NCBI GenBank assembly: GCA_951406725.2 | Contig: OX597815.1 | Span: forward strand, 84,878,001-84,942,000 | Length of the DNA stretch: 64,000 nt | Source: Octopus vulgaris | Lineage: Eukaryota | Reading direction: 5' to 3' | Shown here: positions 37,884 through 51,990 of the stretch, piece by piece | Position numbering within the stretch: position 1 is the first letter of the stretch | Layout of the letters: the number at the start of each line of letters is the position of its first letter | Made by a program: the position numbers and the translations under genes | The notes under the pieces: generated by a model | Databases searched by the model: none | What the model saw: the letters and a program-made list of their open reading frames with translations, nothing else | Told to the model about the DNA's origin: nothing

Positions 37884-39625
37884 CTGGGTGAGTGAAGCAA
37901 ATAAAGTGAAGAGTAAAATACAGAATTTTAACACAGAAAAAAAATCAAGCTAAACACTCAGTATGTGATTATATATCATCATTTTAGGGTTGGACAGAAT
38001 ATGTTGAGATAGATTTTCTATGGCGGTGTGCCCTTCCTGTTGGCTACAGGAAGGGCATCTCATCTGTTTCCATACAGGCATCCAGCAACAGGACCTCTGT
38101 AATGCTATGATGGACCGTGAAGTCTGGCGTAGCATAGTAAATTCCATTGTCTTGACCACGGTCAAACAATGATGGATGATGTTTCTGTGTTGTGATATGC
38201 TTCCATATAAGGTAATATTTCTCCAAGCCCAGACATGTTTTCATGAAAGACTGGTAACAAGGAACACTGCCTGTACGATAGTAATGCTTGCTTACAACCA
38301 TCATATGATTCCAAGACAGGAGTGCTCACACACATGCCTTATGAGCAGAATTATTAAATGGAGACTGTATAGTAGTTTGCTGTGTGTGTGTGTAAATGTC
38401 TGTGCATATATATGTGTGTAAATATCATCATTTCTTCTTCTTTGCACGAAACCATTTGAGCAAATAAGCAGTGATGCCATGCTTATATTCTTTGTGAACA
38501 AAACACCTACAAGCCCGGAACTATTGAAGTATAGTGGAATAAAACTACCTGGATTGAAAAACAGGTAAGCGTCAGCAACAAGAGGAGCGTCCAACCTTAA
38601 AATACTGCCTCATATAAATATCTACCAAACACATACCTGCATAGATAAATGGATGTAAAACAAATGATTCAACACACACATATACACACACATTCATAAA
38701 CACACCCATACACGCATGTGGTGATTGCTTCATCTTCACTGATGACTGCCGTCTCCTTGTGCTTCCTCTTTGTCAATAGCATTTCTGATTTTTCATCCAT
38801 GACCTCTCAGATCACTACTCAGTCCCATTGCAGATCTGTATGGTTTCAAGCCTAGGTGACAGATGAAAGCTGTAACAAACTGTGCACTTCCAACAGGTAA
38901 GGTCTGCACATACCACCACTTTTCTGTTACCATAGGATTTTCAATAGATGAAATGACAAACAAGGTCACCACAAAGGGACATCTGTACATATGGTGATTA
39001 ACGCTTGCACAACACATGTACCATTTTCTGTGAGCCTCTGCAATTAGTACCTAGTGACAGGCTGAAGCAAGATGACCAGTAATCATGTGAAATTGCAGGT
39101 TTTATGTCAGAGAGTCCCTTTTCTAGAAGATTGCTGTGACAACAGCTAAGGGTCTCTCACTTCCATTAGTTTTATTGCATGCCCTGATGCATCCCTGCAC
39201 TCAGGAAATTTCTGCATCCCTGCACTGTGTATGCTTGTTAACCCTCAGCAGACCCCTGTCAGGTGCTACTACTCTAGGCCAGTGTAGAACAATGAACAAT
39301 AGTGGCTAAGAGATAGTTCCACACTCCTCAAAAGCCTGCAACTCTCAAACCAGAACCCCACTACCAAATGCAGTTTCAAGTCATTCATTCAGACAGACAG
39401 ACAGACAGACAGACAGACAGGCAGACAGGCAGACAGACTGACAGACAAATCTGCATATGCACTGACTCCATATACTACACATATACACAAATGCATGCAA
39501 AAATACCCTGTCGATGTTGCTGAGATTCCAATGAAGGAGCCTTGGATCTAGGTTAGAAACCGGTTCTTTCTCTATTGGCAAGAAATCTTGAAATAAAACT
39601 GAATAATGACATAAGTATGTCTTAC

Positions 39626-39960
39626 CTGAAGTTGTCTACTTGGTTAATAACAAATATCTTATGACTGACTTTCTGTAAGTTCAGGTAGTGACCCATATAG
39701 GGAACAAAGTCCAATAATTCTTCAAACCGGTCCCGAAATGGAACAATAATGGCCAGTTTATGGTAAGCAGTTTGCTTGGAAAAATTCCTAATGGTAATTT
39801 TGTTTTCATTTTCATATGAGGATGGACTACATGGACAGTCATGGTATCCATCCTGGAGAGGAATAAGGTTTAAGCAAAAGGAAATCCCAAGTGTCACGAC
39901 AATGCAAATTAAAAAGAATTTCCAAATGTGACTTCGTCTTAATTTTCCAAAACATAACAT
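39626..39960 (-). CDS. B4GALT7: B4GALT7 coding exon 1 (cytoplasmic tail, TM helix, stem, start of catalytic domain)
   Basis: [32 protein letters not shown]...[23 protein letters not shown]...INQVDNFR. Donor CAG|GTAAG at 39626/39625 (phase 2). Polypyrimidine acceptor TTTGACAG| at 40030, so the exon starts at 40029 with 69 nt of 5' UTR. Confidence 0.92.
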
Positions 39961-40403
39961 TGGCTAAGATTGGCAAAGTTCTTTTTCCTTCTCTTGCTAG
40001 GCTGGTGTGCATCTGCATGAAGTGGCAATCTGTCAAAGAATACAAATAAGAAAAACAGATAAATACATATGAACAGATAAATATATATATTTCTTAATAA
40101 CGATAGTTGTTTCAAACATTGGTTCAGGCATGACTGTGTGGTTAAGAAGTTTGCTTTGAAACCATGTGGTTTCAGGTTCAGTTCCACTGTGTGGCACCTT
40201 CGACAAGTGTCCTCTACTATAACCTCAGGCCCACCAATGTCTTGTGGGTGAATTTGGTAGACAAGAACTTTGAGGAAGCCCACTGAGAGAGAGAGAGAGA
40301 GAGTGAAAGAGAGAGAGAGAGAGTGAACGAGAGAGAGAGAGTGAAAGAGAAAGAGAGAGTGAAAGAGAGAGAGAGAGAGAGAGAGAGTGAAAGAGAAAGA
40401 GAG

Positions 40404-40439
<36 letters not shown>

Positions 40440-40732
40440 CATGCACACACGAGCGTATGCATCCTCTACTACTGCTTGACAACCAATGTTAGTTTGTGTA
40501 TGTTCCTACGACCAAATGGTTTAGCAAAAGAGAACAATAGAATAAATACCAAAAAAAAAAAATAGGTGCTGGGGTCAATATTGTTCGACTAAACACTGCA
40601 AGGTAATGACTCAGCATGACGGCAGTCGAATGACAAACATGTAAAACAAAAAGATGGACCCAATCTCAGATTTTTAGTGGGGAAAGATAAGTCAGCTATA
40701 TCAATCCAGTTGTTGACTGGTACTTTAGTTAA

Positions 40733-40950
40733 CCCTTTCCATACCAATCGGCCGAAACCGCCTCTGGTTCTATAGTACAAATGTCTTGTTTTCATAAGTT
40801 TTGAATCAAAATCTTCCAAACCTTAGTCGCGATTTATGTTCCTAACAATAGCTTAATGATAACTACGTTATTTTATTAAATTCTTTGTTATATTTAAAAT
40901 TAATTGAAAGAAACACAGAGCATCTCAAAATAAATATGGTAATGAAAGGG
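40733..40950. mobile_element. piggyBac-type MITE inserted in a SINE
   Basis: TTAA|CCCTTTCCATACCA ... TGGTAATGAAAGGG|TTAA. A decayed relative lies at 61512-61741. Confidence 0.85.
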
Positions 40951-41378
40951 TTAATTGACCCCAGAAGAATGAAAGGCAGAGCTGATCTTGGTATGATATT
41001 TGAACTCAGAAGACAGAAAGCAAGAAGGAATTCTGGAAGGCATTTATTTTAATTGATGCTCCACTGACTCTGCCAGTCCACTGCACACACTCCATCTACT
41101 CACATTTTTTTTTTTTTTTGATAAAATGAATACTTTCTTAAGATAGGCTACAAAGTCAGAAATTTGTGATTAATTAATGACTTGTAGGGACACCATATTT
41201 CATTATGCCACCATAATATACTACAAAGTATATTAAATGCTTTATAAGTCGATGCTGTGTTCTACTGTGTTAGCAGTGCTATTAAATCACTTGTTAAGGT
41301 TATCCCTACAGATTTTCTATAGAAACTAGCTGGATCCATGCCATCAAAAATGACAGTTAATTGTATTTTATATACAAA

Positions 41379-41730
41379 CAAGAGCACTCAGAGAGCACAA
41401 ACCTCTGCCAAAGCAACACCAGCATCCTCTTAGCGATTAGCCGGCGATGACTTTTAAAATAAGAATATCTGAAATAAACTCAACTGCTCTCACAAACGAG
41501 CATACTAAAAATGAACCTGATCGCTCTCAAAATTAAAGTTTAAAAAATGGAGAAATAATCCAGAATCTTTGTCGGGTACCAGATCAATCCCAAAATTTAA
41601 TCAGTCACAAAGCCAAACATCCCTGAAAGTTTTATCTGAATCCATCCAGTGGTTCTTGAGATATCTTGTCCACACACAAACAAACAAACAAACAAACGTG
41701 ATATAAAACAATACAAGGTAGAGGTAATAA
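41379..41730 (+). mobile_element. Helentron/HINE-like element, compact copy
   Basis: Contiguous 5' and 3' blocks of the same family with an (ACAA)n tract near the 3' end. Confidence 0.6.
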
Positions 41731-43310
41731 GGACAAAAGATAGAATATGGATGGTAATTCATATTAATACACTTGTCAATGTTATCTAGTGGTTGTCTTT
41801 TGAGATGTGATGTCAATGATCGATCATCGTTTGTTACTGAAAGAATGCTGGTTCACACACAAACATTCACATACTTCCCTAGTACATGCACACACATACA
41901 CAGTGTTGAATTTTTCTCTTCAGTGTTGAATGCCCACTTCCATTGCACACACACACACACAAATATTCACATAACTCCCTTTTTACATACATACACATAT
42001 ACTCACACAGAGTTGAAACACTCCCACTGCCAAGTCTGCCATCACCCCTTCCTTCCTCATTCATATGTTGTGACGGAGAAAAAAACAAGAGTATTATTAT
42101 AGTAGATTATATATTTCTTCATTGCCCACAAGGAGCTAAACACAGAGGGGGACAAACAAGGACATACAAAGGGGTTAAGTCGATTACATCGACTCCAGTG
42201 AGAAACTGGTACTTTATTTATCGACCCCGAAAGGATGAAAGGCAAAGTCGACCTCGTCGGAATTTGAACTCAGAACGTAACGACACACGAAAGCCAACAC
42301 CAACTTATTGTGATGTTTCGTATCCAAGTATGCCTAATGTAAGCAATGTGATTGAAGATGGAAAATGGGTGATGGTTGTATGTGCCATATTTCAGGAGTC
42401 CTTGTTCCTTTATTAGCATCACATCCAACCCATTAACCAACCACAAACTTGCTGCTTAAATAGCAAATTAACTAGAGCAGTATAATATTATCAGAGATGC
42501 CAATTTTACTAATTAAACAAACTTTTGGTTAACAGTTCTTAATTGGTACTTTATTTTATCAACCCCAGAAAGACAAACAATAAAGTTGATCTTGGCAGGA
42601 TGTGACTATAGGCGCAGTAGTGGCTGTGTGGTAAGAAGCTTGCTTCCCAACCGCAAGGTTCCGGATTCAGTCCCACTGCATGGCACATTGGGCAAGTGTC
42701 TTCAACTATAGCCAAGGGCCGACCAAAGTCTTGTTAGTGGAAAACTGAAAGAAGTCCGTTGGATGTGTGTGTGTGTGTGTGTGTTTATGTTTGTGTGTCT
42801 GTGTTTGTCCCCCCGACCATCACTTGACAACCTATCTTGATGTGTTTACACCCCTGAAACTTAGCAGTTCGGCAAAAGAGACAGATAGGATAAGTACTAG
42901 GCTTATAAAGAATAAGTTCTAGGGTCGATTGTTCGACTAAAGGTGGTACTCCAGCATGGCCACAGTCAGATGACTGAAACAAGTAAAAGAATAAAAGAAT
43001 AGAACCTAAAAAGTTGGAATAAATCTCACAATGCAATTAGTTTGATGCTCTTGACTTGTACTTTATTTTATTGACTGAGGAGAGATGAAAGGCAAAACTG
43101 ACCTCAACATGATTTCTATTTTATTATTTTTTCCTTTTTCTCTCTATCTTCCCTTATTCTTTATCACATGACTCTGTAAATGAACAATCTGGTGTGTTTG
43201 TTTTAATGGCCTACCAATGCAATAAAGTACATTTCTCAGCCTTAGGTGTCAGGAAGACACTTGGCAAAAAATGGAAACAGAATTGAAAGAAGATGCTAAT
43301 AATAATAATA

Positions 43311-43357
<47 letters not shown>

Positions 43358-43551
43358 GGTGGTGGTGGTGGTGGTGGTGGTGATGATAGTTTCAAATTTT
43401 GGTATAAGGCTAGAAATTTTGATGGTGGGGGAGTTAGCTGATACTATTGACCTCCAGTATTTGACATTTGACTGGTACTTTATTTTATTGACTCTAGAGG
43501 GATAAAAGACAAAGTTGACTTAGGCAGAATTTGAACACACTGTGTAAAGAG

Positions 43552-44060
43552 CCAGATGAAATACCTATTTCTTTACTATCCACAAGGGGCTAAACACAGA
43601 GAAGACAAACAAGGACAGACACACGAATTAAGTCGATTATATCGACCCCAGTGCGTAATTGGTACTTATTTAATCAACCCCGAAAGGATGAAAGGCAAAG
43701 TCGACCTTGGCGGAATTTGAACTCAGAACGTAACAGCAGACAAAGTACTGCTAAGCATTTCACCCGGCATGATAACCATTCTGCCAGCTCACCGCCAGAT
43801 GAAATACCTATTTCTTTACTAGCCACAAGGGGCTAAACACAGAGAAGACAAACAAGGACAGACACATGAATTAAGTTGATTACATTGACTCCAGTGCGTA
43901 ACTGGTACTTATTTAATTGACCCCGAAAGGATGAAAGGCAAAGTCAACCTCGGCGGAATTTGAACTCAGACCATAACGGCAGACAAAATACGGCTACGCA
44001 TTTCGCCCGGCATGCTAACGGTTCTACCAGCTCACCGCCTTCGCCACCAGATGAAATACC
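43552..44060 (-). mobile_element. two tandem SINE family A copies nested in an older copy
   Basis: CCAGATGAAATACC occurs at 43552, 43795 and 44047, delimiting two near-complete copies. Confidence 0.88.
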
Positions 44061-44649
44061 ATTAAGCATTTTGTCAGATGAAGTAACGATTCTGCAAGCT
44101 TGCTAATAATAATTTCTAAGTTTGGCACAAGACAGCCTAATTTAGAAGAGGGTACAAACTGATTACATCAAATCCAGTATCTGACTGCTACTTGAAAAGA
44201 AACCAAGCAAAGGTTCTATGGCACTTGAACATCCAAATAGGCTACATCTTATAACTCAGAACGTGTGATAACTATCTACATAAATATTTTTTTTCCTTAC
44301 AGTTGATGACTAAGAAAAAAGAAGAAAAAAACATTAATTAACATTAATTACGTTTGCAGACCACAGTTTTTAACTAACAGGAAATTCAAACAAATTAATA
44401 AGTATTCAGAACTAAGATAAGGGATCTAAAAAAATATGAGGAAAGGAAACAAAAAGACAAGAGTAATAACAACATTTGGCTGAGTTCCTAAAATGCTTCC
44501 ATTCTAACAGACAAATAGACATGCATCATATCTATATTTCTTGACACTGATAATATTCTAAGAAAACTACACTCTAATTGCAGTCTTAAAAACCTACTGA
44601 AGAGAAAGATTTCTTCCATTTTACCAACAATAACTACATTGTATATATA

Positions 44650-45057
44650 CTCTTTTACTCTTTTACTTGTTTCAGTCAGTTGACTGCGGCCATGCTGGAG
44701 CACCGCCTTTAATCGAGCAACTTGATCCCGGGACTTATTCTTTTGTAAGCCCAGTACTTATTCTATCGGTCTCTTTTGCCGAACCGCTAAGTAACGGGGA
44801 CATAAACACACCAGCATCGGTCGTCAAGCAATGCTAGGAGGACAAACACAGACACACAAACACACACACGCATATATATATATACATATATACGATGGGC
44901 TTCTTTCAGTTTCCATCTACCAAACCCACTCACAAGGCTTTGGTCGGCCCAAGGCTATAGTAGATGACACTTACCCAAGGTGCCACGCAGTGGGACTGAA
45001 CCCGGAACCATGTGGTTGGTAAACAAGCTACTTACCACACAGTCACTCCTGCGCCTA
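44650..45057 (-). mobile_element. young SINE family B copy
   Basis: Near-perfect reverse complement of 51991-52395. Confidence 0.88.
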
Positions 45058-45837
45058 TGAACATGAAGAAAAAATTATGACTTCTGGTTTAGGCACACAG
45101 TCAACAGTTTTGAAGGGAGACGGTTGGTTAATGCCATTGAGCACAGTATGTGACTGGTACTTTACTTTATCAACTTCAGGTGGGTAGGGGGGGGTGGAAG
45201 GCAAGATTGACTTTAGTAGGATTCGAACTCAGAACAAAGAGCCAAAGCAAATATTAAGAAGCAATTTTTCCAAGAATAATGATGCTGCCAGATTGCTGCC
45301 TTACATGAAGAAGTAATCCTTTCTACTATGAGATAGAAGGCCTGAAATTTGGGAGGAAGGGGCTAGTTGATTACATTGATCCCAGTAATCAACTGGTGCT
45401 TATTTTTAATTGATGTCAAAAGGATGGAAGACGAAGTTAGCCTCAGAAGAATTTGAACACAGAACAAAAAAACAGACAAAAACTGCTAAGCATTTTATCC
45501 AGTGTGCCAACTATATAGCCTGCTCACTGTCATACATGTAGAAATAATAACATCCTCATCATCATTTAACGTCCATTGTCCATGCTGGCATGGGTTGGAT
45601 GGTTTGACCAAGGCTGGTAAACCGGAAGGCTGCACCAAACTCCAGTGTGATTTGGCATGGTTTTCTACAGTTGGATGCCCTTCCTAACGATAACCACTCC
45701 AAGAGTGTAAGGAGTGCTTTTACATGCCACTGGCATAGGTGCCATTTGCATGACACCAGTATCTGCCACGATTGCGATTTTGCTCAGCTTGATGGGTCTT
45801 CTTCTCAAGCACAACATAATGTCAAAGGTCTTGGTCA

Positions 45838-46357
45838 TTGCCTCTGTGAGGCCCAACACTCAAAAGGAACTCAGCCACTTTGCCTCTGTGAGGCCCAACA
45901 CTCAAATAGAACTCAGCCATTTGCCTCCATGAGGCCTAATGCTTGAAAAAGACTCAGCCACTTTGCCTTCATGAGGCCCGATGCTCAAAAGGAACTCAGC
46001 CACTTTGCCTCCATGAGCCAATTACTTGAAAGGAATTCAACCAATTTGCCTTCCTGAGGCCCAATGCCCAAAAGGAAATCAGCCACTTTGCCTCTGTGAG
46101 GCCCAATACTCAAAAGGAATTCAGCCAATTTGCCTCTGTGAGACCCAATGCCCAAAAGGAACTAAGCCATTTTGTCTCCATGAGGCCCAACACCTGAAAG
46201 GAATTCAGCCACTTTGCCTCCATGAGGCCCAACACTCAAAAGGAATTCAGCCACTTTGCTTACATGAGGCCCAAATCTGAAAGGAACTCAGCCACTTTGC
46301 CTCCATGAGGCCCAATGCTTGAAAGGAACTCAGCCACATTGCCTCTGTGAGGCCCAA
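45838..46357. repeat. 42-bp minisatellite, ~12 copies, at the truncated end of an RTE 3' UTR (45555-45837)
   Basis: Unit TTGCCTC(T/C)(G/A)TGAGGCCCAACACTCAAAAGGAACTCAGCCACT repeated head-to-tail without spacers. Confidence 0.92.
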
Positions 46358-47846
46358 AATGGTTTCAAATTTTGGCACAAAACCAGCAATTTCAGGAGAG
46401 GGAGTGAATTGATTACATCATCCCCAGTGTTCAACTGGTATCTATCTTATTGATCCTGAAAGTATGAAAGGCAAAGTTGACCTCAGCAGAATTTGAACAC
46501 AGAACCTTAAAACAAATGAAATGCTACTAAGCATTTTGTCCAGTGTGCTAATGATACTGCCAGCCCTCTGCCTTACGTGCAGAAATAATAATAATAATAA
46601 TCCTTTCTACTATAGGCACAGGGCTTGAAATTTGTGGGGAGGAGACTAGTCAGTTACATCACCCCCAGTGTTTCACTGGTACTTAATTTATCGCCCATGA
46701 AAGGGATGATAGGCAAATTTGACCTCAGCAGAATTTGAACTCAAATGTAAAGACAGATGAAATGTCACAAAGCATTTTGTCTGGTGTATTAAAAATTCTG
46801 CAGCTCATCACTTTAATGATATCAATAACAACAACAACAACAGTCTCAAACTTTGCCACATGGCCATCAATTTGGGGGGAGGGGCTAAGTTGATTACATC
46901 AATGCCAGTGTTCAACTGGTACTTATTCTATTGACCTCACAAGGATAAAAGGCAAAGTCAACCCTGGTAGGATTTGAAACTCAGAATATAACCAGAATAT
47001 ATAATGCAAGGCATTATCCCAAATGCTCTGAAGATTCTGCCAAACTAATCATCATCATCATCATCATCATCGTTTAACGTCCGTTGTCCATGCTAGCATG
47101 GGTTGGACGGTTCGACCGGGGATCTGGGAAGCCAGAAGGCTGCACCAGGCTCCAGTCTTATCTGGCAATGTTTCTACAGCTGGATGCCCTTCCTAACGCC
47201 AACCACTCCGTGAGTGTAGTGGGTGCTTTTTACGTGCCACCTGCACAGGTGCCAGGCGAGGCTGGCAATGGCCACGGTCGGATTGGTGTATTTTATGTGC
47301 CACCGGCACGGAAGCCAGTCGAGGCAGCGCTGGCATCGGCCACGAGTCGGATAGTGCTTTTTACGTACCACCAGACCAGGGATCCTGGCTGGTTCAATTC
47401 GATTTCGATTTCGCTTGCCCCAACATGTCTTCGCAAGCAAAGGGGGTTGGCATGGGTGCCTGTCGTGCGGTCGGATTGGTGTATTTTACGTGCCACCGGC
47501 ACGGAAGCCAGTGGAGGCGGCGCTGGCATCGGCTAACCTTAAATATTTCTAACATAGAAACAAGGTCTGAAATTCAAGGGAGGAGTATATTCAATTATAT
47601 GGACACCAGTTCGTCACTGGTACTTTATTTTGTCTTCCATGCAAAGATGATTAATAAAAGCAAAACTAGGCAAAATTTGAATGCAGAATGTTTAGTTTAA
47701 TTCTTATAATTCTACCAATCCATTTGCTTTGCAACGATAATAACAGCAATATATTTCCTGCAAAAGTTATTAAACAGGGAAATCATATATGGTACATGTG
47801 TGTGTATGTGTTGAACATATGCAGTATACAAATATAAATAGCTTAC

Positions 47847-47984
47847 TTAATGTAAAAGGTTACTTTATATTTTAAGACTTCAGGATTAATTTAAAAATAC
47901 CTCTTGCAAGTGAATGTTATGTTAGGTGTTAGTATATACGGAATCGGTTCCAATAACAGCAAGTTATGTTAACAGACATTTCTA
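47847..47984 (-). other. candidate non-coding (5' UTR) exon of B4GALT7
   Basis: Apparently unique 138-nt segment bounded by acceptor ATTCTTTTTCAG| and donor TAA|GTAAGC on the gene strand. All three frames are closed. Confidence 0.3.
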
Positions 47985-49920
47985 CTGAAAAAGAATTTGT
48001 TTTGGTGCTGTTAGGAACATACACAACAGCTAAAAGATATAGGACAGATATTTTTTATTCTTTCACAAATTTTAGTCATTAGACTGTGGCCATCCTGGGG
48101 CACCATCTTCAAGAATTTTTAGTTGTATGAACTAATCCCAGTACTTATTTTTTTTGTTAAATCTGGTATTTATTCTACTAGTCTCTTTTGCCAAATCGCT
48201 AAGTTATGGGGACATAAACACACCAACACCAGTTGCAAAGTGGTGGTGCAGGGACAAACACAGACACAAAAAAACACATACACTCAGATCATATACATAT
48301 ACACACAATGGTCTTCTTTCAGTTTCCATCTACTAAATTCACTCACAGTGCTTTGGTCGGCCCATGGCTGTAGTAGAAGACAGAGATTTTTCTTTTTTTA
48401 GTGTGTACTTTCGGTGGACCTTGATAAATGCAGAATCATTTTGGATAGTCTAGGTTTAGGGAAGTCAATGAAACAGTTGTAATGACACTATGCATTGCCA
48501 TGAAATAACTCAAACAAAACCAACCCATCAAGCTTCAAGGGAGACAACTGCTCCCTTTTATGATTTGACTTCATCGTGCTCTCTTATTTACTTAAATTAT
48601 TGTTACTGAATAATAAGAGTGGGGAATGCCACCACATTGAGAGACAGAAAAATAAACGTATTCATTATTTCAGTTTTTGAATTGTAACTTTCTATCTCAA
48701 GATCAAGATTTATTGAAGTTTTAAAATACCAATACTGCTGATGGTCAGAGGGAGACCCCAGGTTGTTGTACAGCCCTGACTGAGTAAACATCAAAAATAT
48801 TCAAACCTTAACCATCCTGTTTTCTAAATATAAGTCTACATCAAACTACATTATCCAATGTGTTCTTTTTCAGTAGGATTTGAACTCAGAACAGTAGGAT
48901 TTGACTTCAATAGAACTTGAACTCACAACATAAAGAGTCAAAAGATATACTAAGAAGTAATTTTTCCAAGACTCTAATGATGCTGCCAGTTTGATGTCTT
49001 ACATGTAGAAATATTCCTTTCTGTTATAGGGACGAGGGCTGAAATTTTGGAAGAACGGACTAGATGATTACATTGACTCTAGTTCTCAACTGGTACTTAT
49101 TTAATTGACCTCAAAAGGGAAACTCTGAAGTTGTCTTGGCTCAGAAACTGAGTCAGACTGGAAATGGTTTAAATTTGTCTCAACACTCATGTAAACATGA
49201 GTGATAAGTACAATTTGTCCAATGAACATTGACCAAACATCCTTCAAGTAGTAAACCTAATAGTGCATTACTAAACCGCACTATCAAACAGAATGAAGGT
49301 GATAGGTTCTGTAAATGAGAGCAGGCAGCATTATATCCACCAGTAATGACTTCTTTGGCACGGATCCGATCCCCATTTAGAATTACTTCCTTTCACAAAA
49401 ACTGTTAATGTTCTTTGAAAAGATATGAATATTTCAACATCCCATTTCTGCTATTTTCATACGAGTGAATATGTAAGAAATATACATATAATAAATTATG
49501 TGTATGAATGTGTGAAAACACTTTTGTATAGCTGAGCCAGACGAGAAAGGACAACAACTATGACCTTTTCAGGGTCTGTGAGACTACTAGGAAGAAAGAG
49601 AAGTAATCATCTGATCAGAGAGCTGATCTGAATGCATACAACAGAGTGGATTCTGCTAATGGAACTCAAGGACAAGTGGAGGTGGTTTAATTCCACCATC
49701 AGGCTCTTCCATTTGCTGAATTTTTCTCTCAAGATTCGGGTTAACCTGGAAATGCAGCATGATGAGGTACCCTGAGAATGACATTCACTCAACATGCCAT
49801 GCATTGAGATCAAACAGAAAACCACATGATTGTGCAGTAAACTTCTTGCCACATAGCCACCTGTAATAGTGCTGAATTATCATTTTATAATACTTGATTT
49901 CAAATACATTTCACTATTAA

Positions 49921-50109
49921 CCCTTTAGGCCCAAAATCTGTATCAGGCCCAAAAACTGTATCAGGCTTCTTAAACACCCTAAAATATCATTCTAAAAACA
50001 AACAATTGCATCATCAAAACTTCAAAGCTACATGACAATTCATGATTAACTGAAGACAATGTGAATAAAGAAGCATTACTTTTGATATAGTAATCTGAAT
50101 GTTAAAGGG
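49921..50109. mobile_element. piggyBac-type MITE, second family
   Basis: TTAA|CCCTTTA ... TAAAGGG|TTAA. Confidence 0.7.
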
Positions 50110-51579
50110 TTAAGCAATACAATTAATTCTGCATAAATTCATTTCTGCTAGCCATAGAGGAATGAGTACCAGATCATCCAAGATATACTGGTCCACTTCC
50201 AAAAGGAGAAGACATATTTATTTCTTGTCTACCTAGTATGATTAACTCTAAAGGGTTTTTTCCCAAACTCAGGTTTCATGACACTAGAACCCTTTCTGAT
50301 GGTTCTCTTTCTGATATCATGTGTTTGTCCACAGAAGTTTCTTGCAAAAGAGTATGAACTGGTAGTATGTTTTTGCTAATTGTTTCAGATAATTTTGTAA
50401 TTATAAGCAGACATAAACAACCTCTTGCCCCACTTCCCACCCATCTCTTAACGGAACATTGAAGAAGTGTCAGCAGGAAGGAGAAATGGTTGCACCATCA
50501 CCAAGCTGATATTTATTTTCAGCTGAGCAGACAGGAGCAACATGAAATGTAGTGCAAATCTCAAGGACACAATGTGCTATCTCATCAATGAACTAAACCC
50601 ACAAGCTTATGCTCATGAGTGCAACACCCTAACCACTGGACCACATCCCTTCAGTGAATACATATACATGTTATCTATATAAATGTGCAGTCTCATAGAT
50701 GATAAAAAAAACTCTATGGCAATTCAAACAAATAACTACAATTCACAGATGCACAGCTCTATATATGAGCTCTAAAAAAAAACCTTCAGTCATGAATGAC
50801 CATGGGATTGCACCTAGAAAGTTACTATCTGGTTGTTTATAGAAGACCAGCAGACACCCATGCATAACAGCCTCCCTTCTCCACATCACCAATGTTATCC
50901 AAGGGAAAGGCAAAGGCCAACACAGCTTGGCAACAGTGATGTCACAACTGATTTCTACAGATGAATGAACAATGTGAAATAAAGAACACATCAACCAGTC
51001 CAGGAATCGAATTCACTGCCTCATGATTTTGAGCCCAACACTCTAACCACAGAGCCATGCTCTATATAAGCAATATCTCTGTCAGCAAGAACATCACAGT
51101 GCATATATTGACATGCAGTGGTTAATCATATAAAGTTCTAGTGCAGCGTAGACGTATTACACAAACCCATCATTTTTGTAAGCCTATTGTTGTTTTCCTT
51201 GATCAGGGCTGACCTGATCAAGGAGGTTTACAATTAAAGAGGTTCAAAATGTGACTATCTCATCTTTTATTTTCTTCAAGACACATATCTAGAATACATG
51301 ATTCAATGTGCCTGGCCTGATATTAAATGATAAAGTTATTTCTGTGGTATTTCTGGCAGGTTGGACACTGAAGCTAGAACCCATCTTTGGCTCATCTGTA
51401 TGCCTGTAGATTTTAACAAAGGCAGACAAGATGCACCTAATTTCATACAAATATTATCATGATTGTCATCATTTTTATATTCACTCTCCTATGCTGGCAT
51501 GAGTTAGACGGTACTTTTTGAGAATGCTTTTGTGGTCAGATACACCTCCTAATGACATTTTTTAACCACCTTTTACTGT

Positions 51580-51625
<46 letters not shown>

Positions 51626-51816
51626 GCACAGCATGGTTGTGAGGTAAGAATAGGAGCAGCATGGCTGTGTAGTAAGAAGCTTGCTTCCCAGTCACATGGT
51701 TTCAGGTTCAGTCCCACAGCATGACACGTTGGGCAAGTGTCTTCTATTATAGCCTCAAGCCAACCAATGCCTTATCATTGGATTTGGTAGACAGACTCAG
51801 AAAGAAGCTTGTTGTG

Positions 51817-51849
<33 letters not shown>

Positions 51850-51990
51850 GTGTGTGTATGAGTATATTTGTGTCTGCGTCTGTCAAACACCACTTGATGG
51901 CCAATGTTGGTGTGTTTGCATCCCTGTAACTTAGCAGTTCAGCAAAAGAGAAAGATAGAATAAGTACTAGGCTTACAAAGAATAAGTCTT

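Noticed and set aside
45838-46357. CRISPR-like regularly spaced repeats
   Set aside because: Head-to-tail units with no unique spacers, no cas genes and a eukaryotic context. It is a LINE-derived minisatellite.
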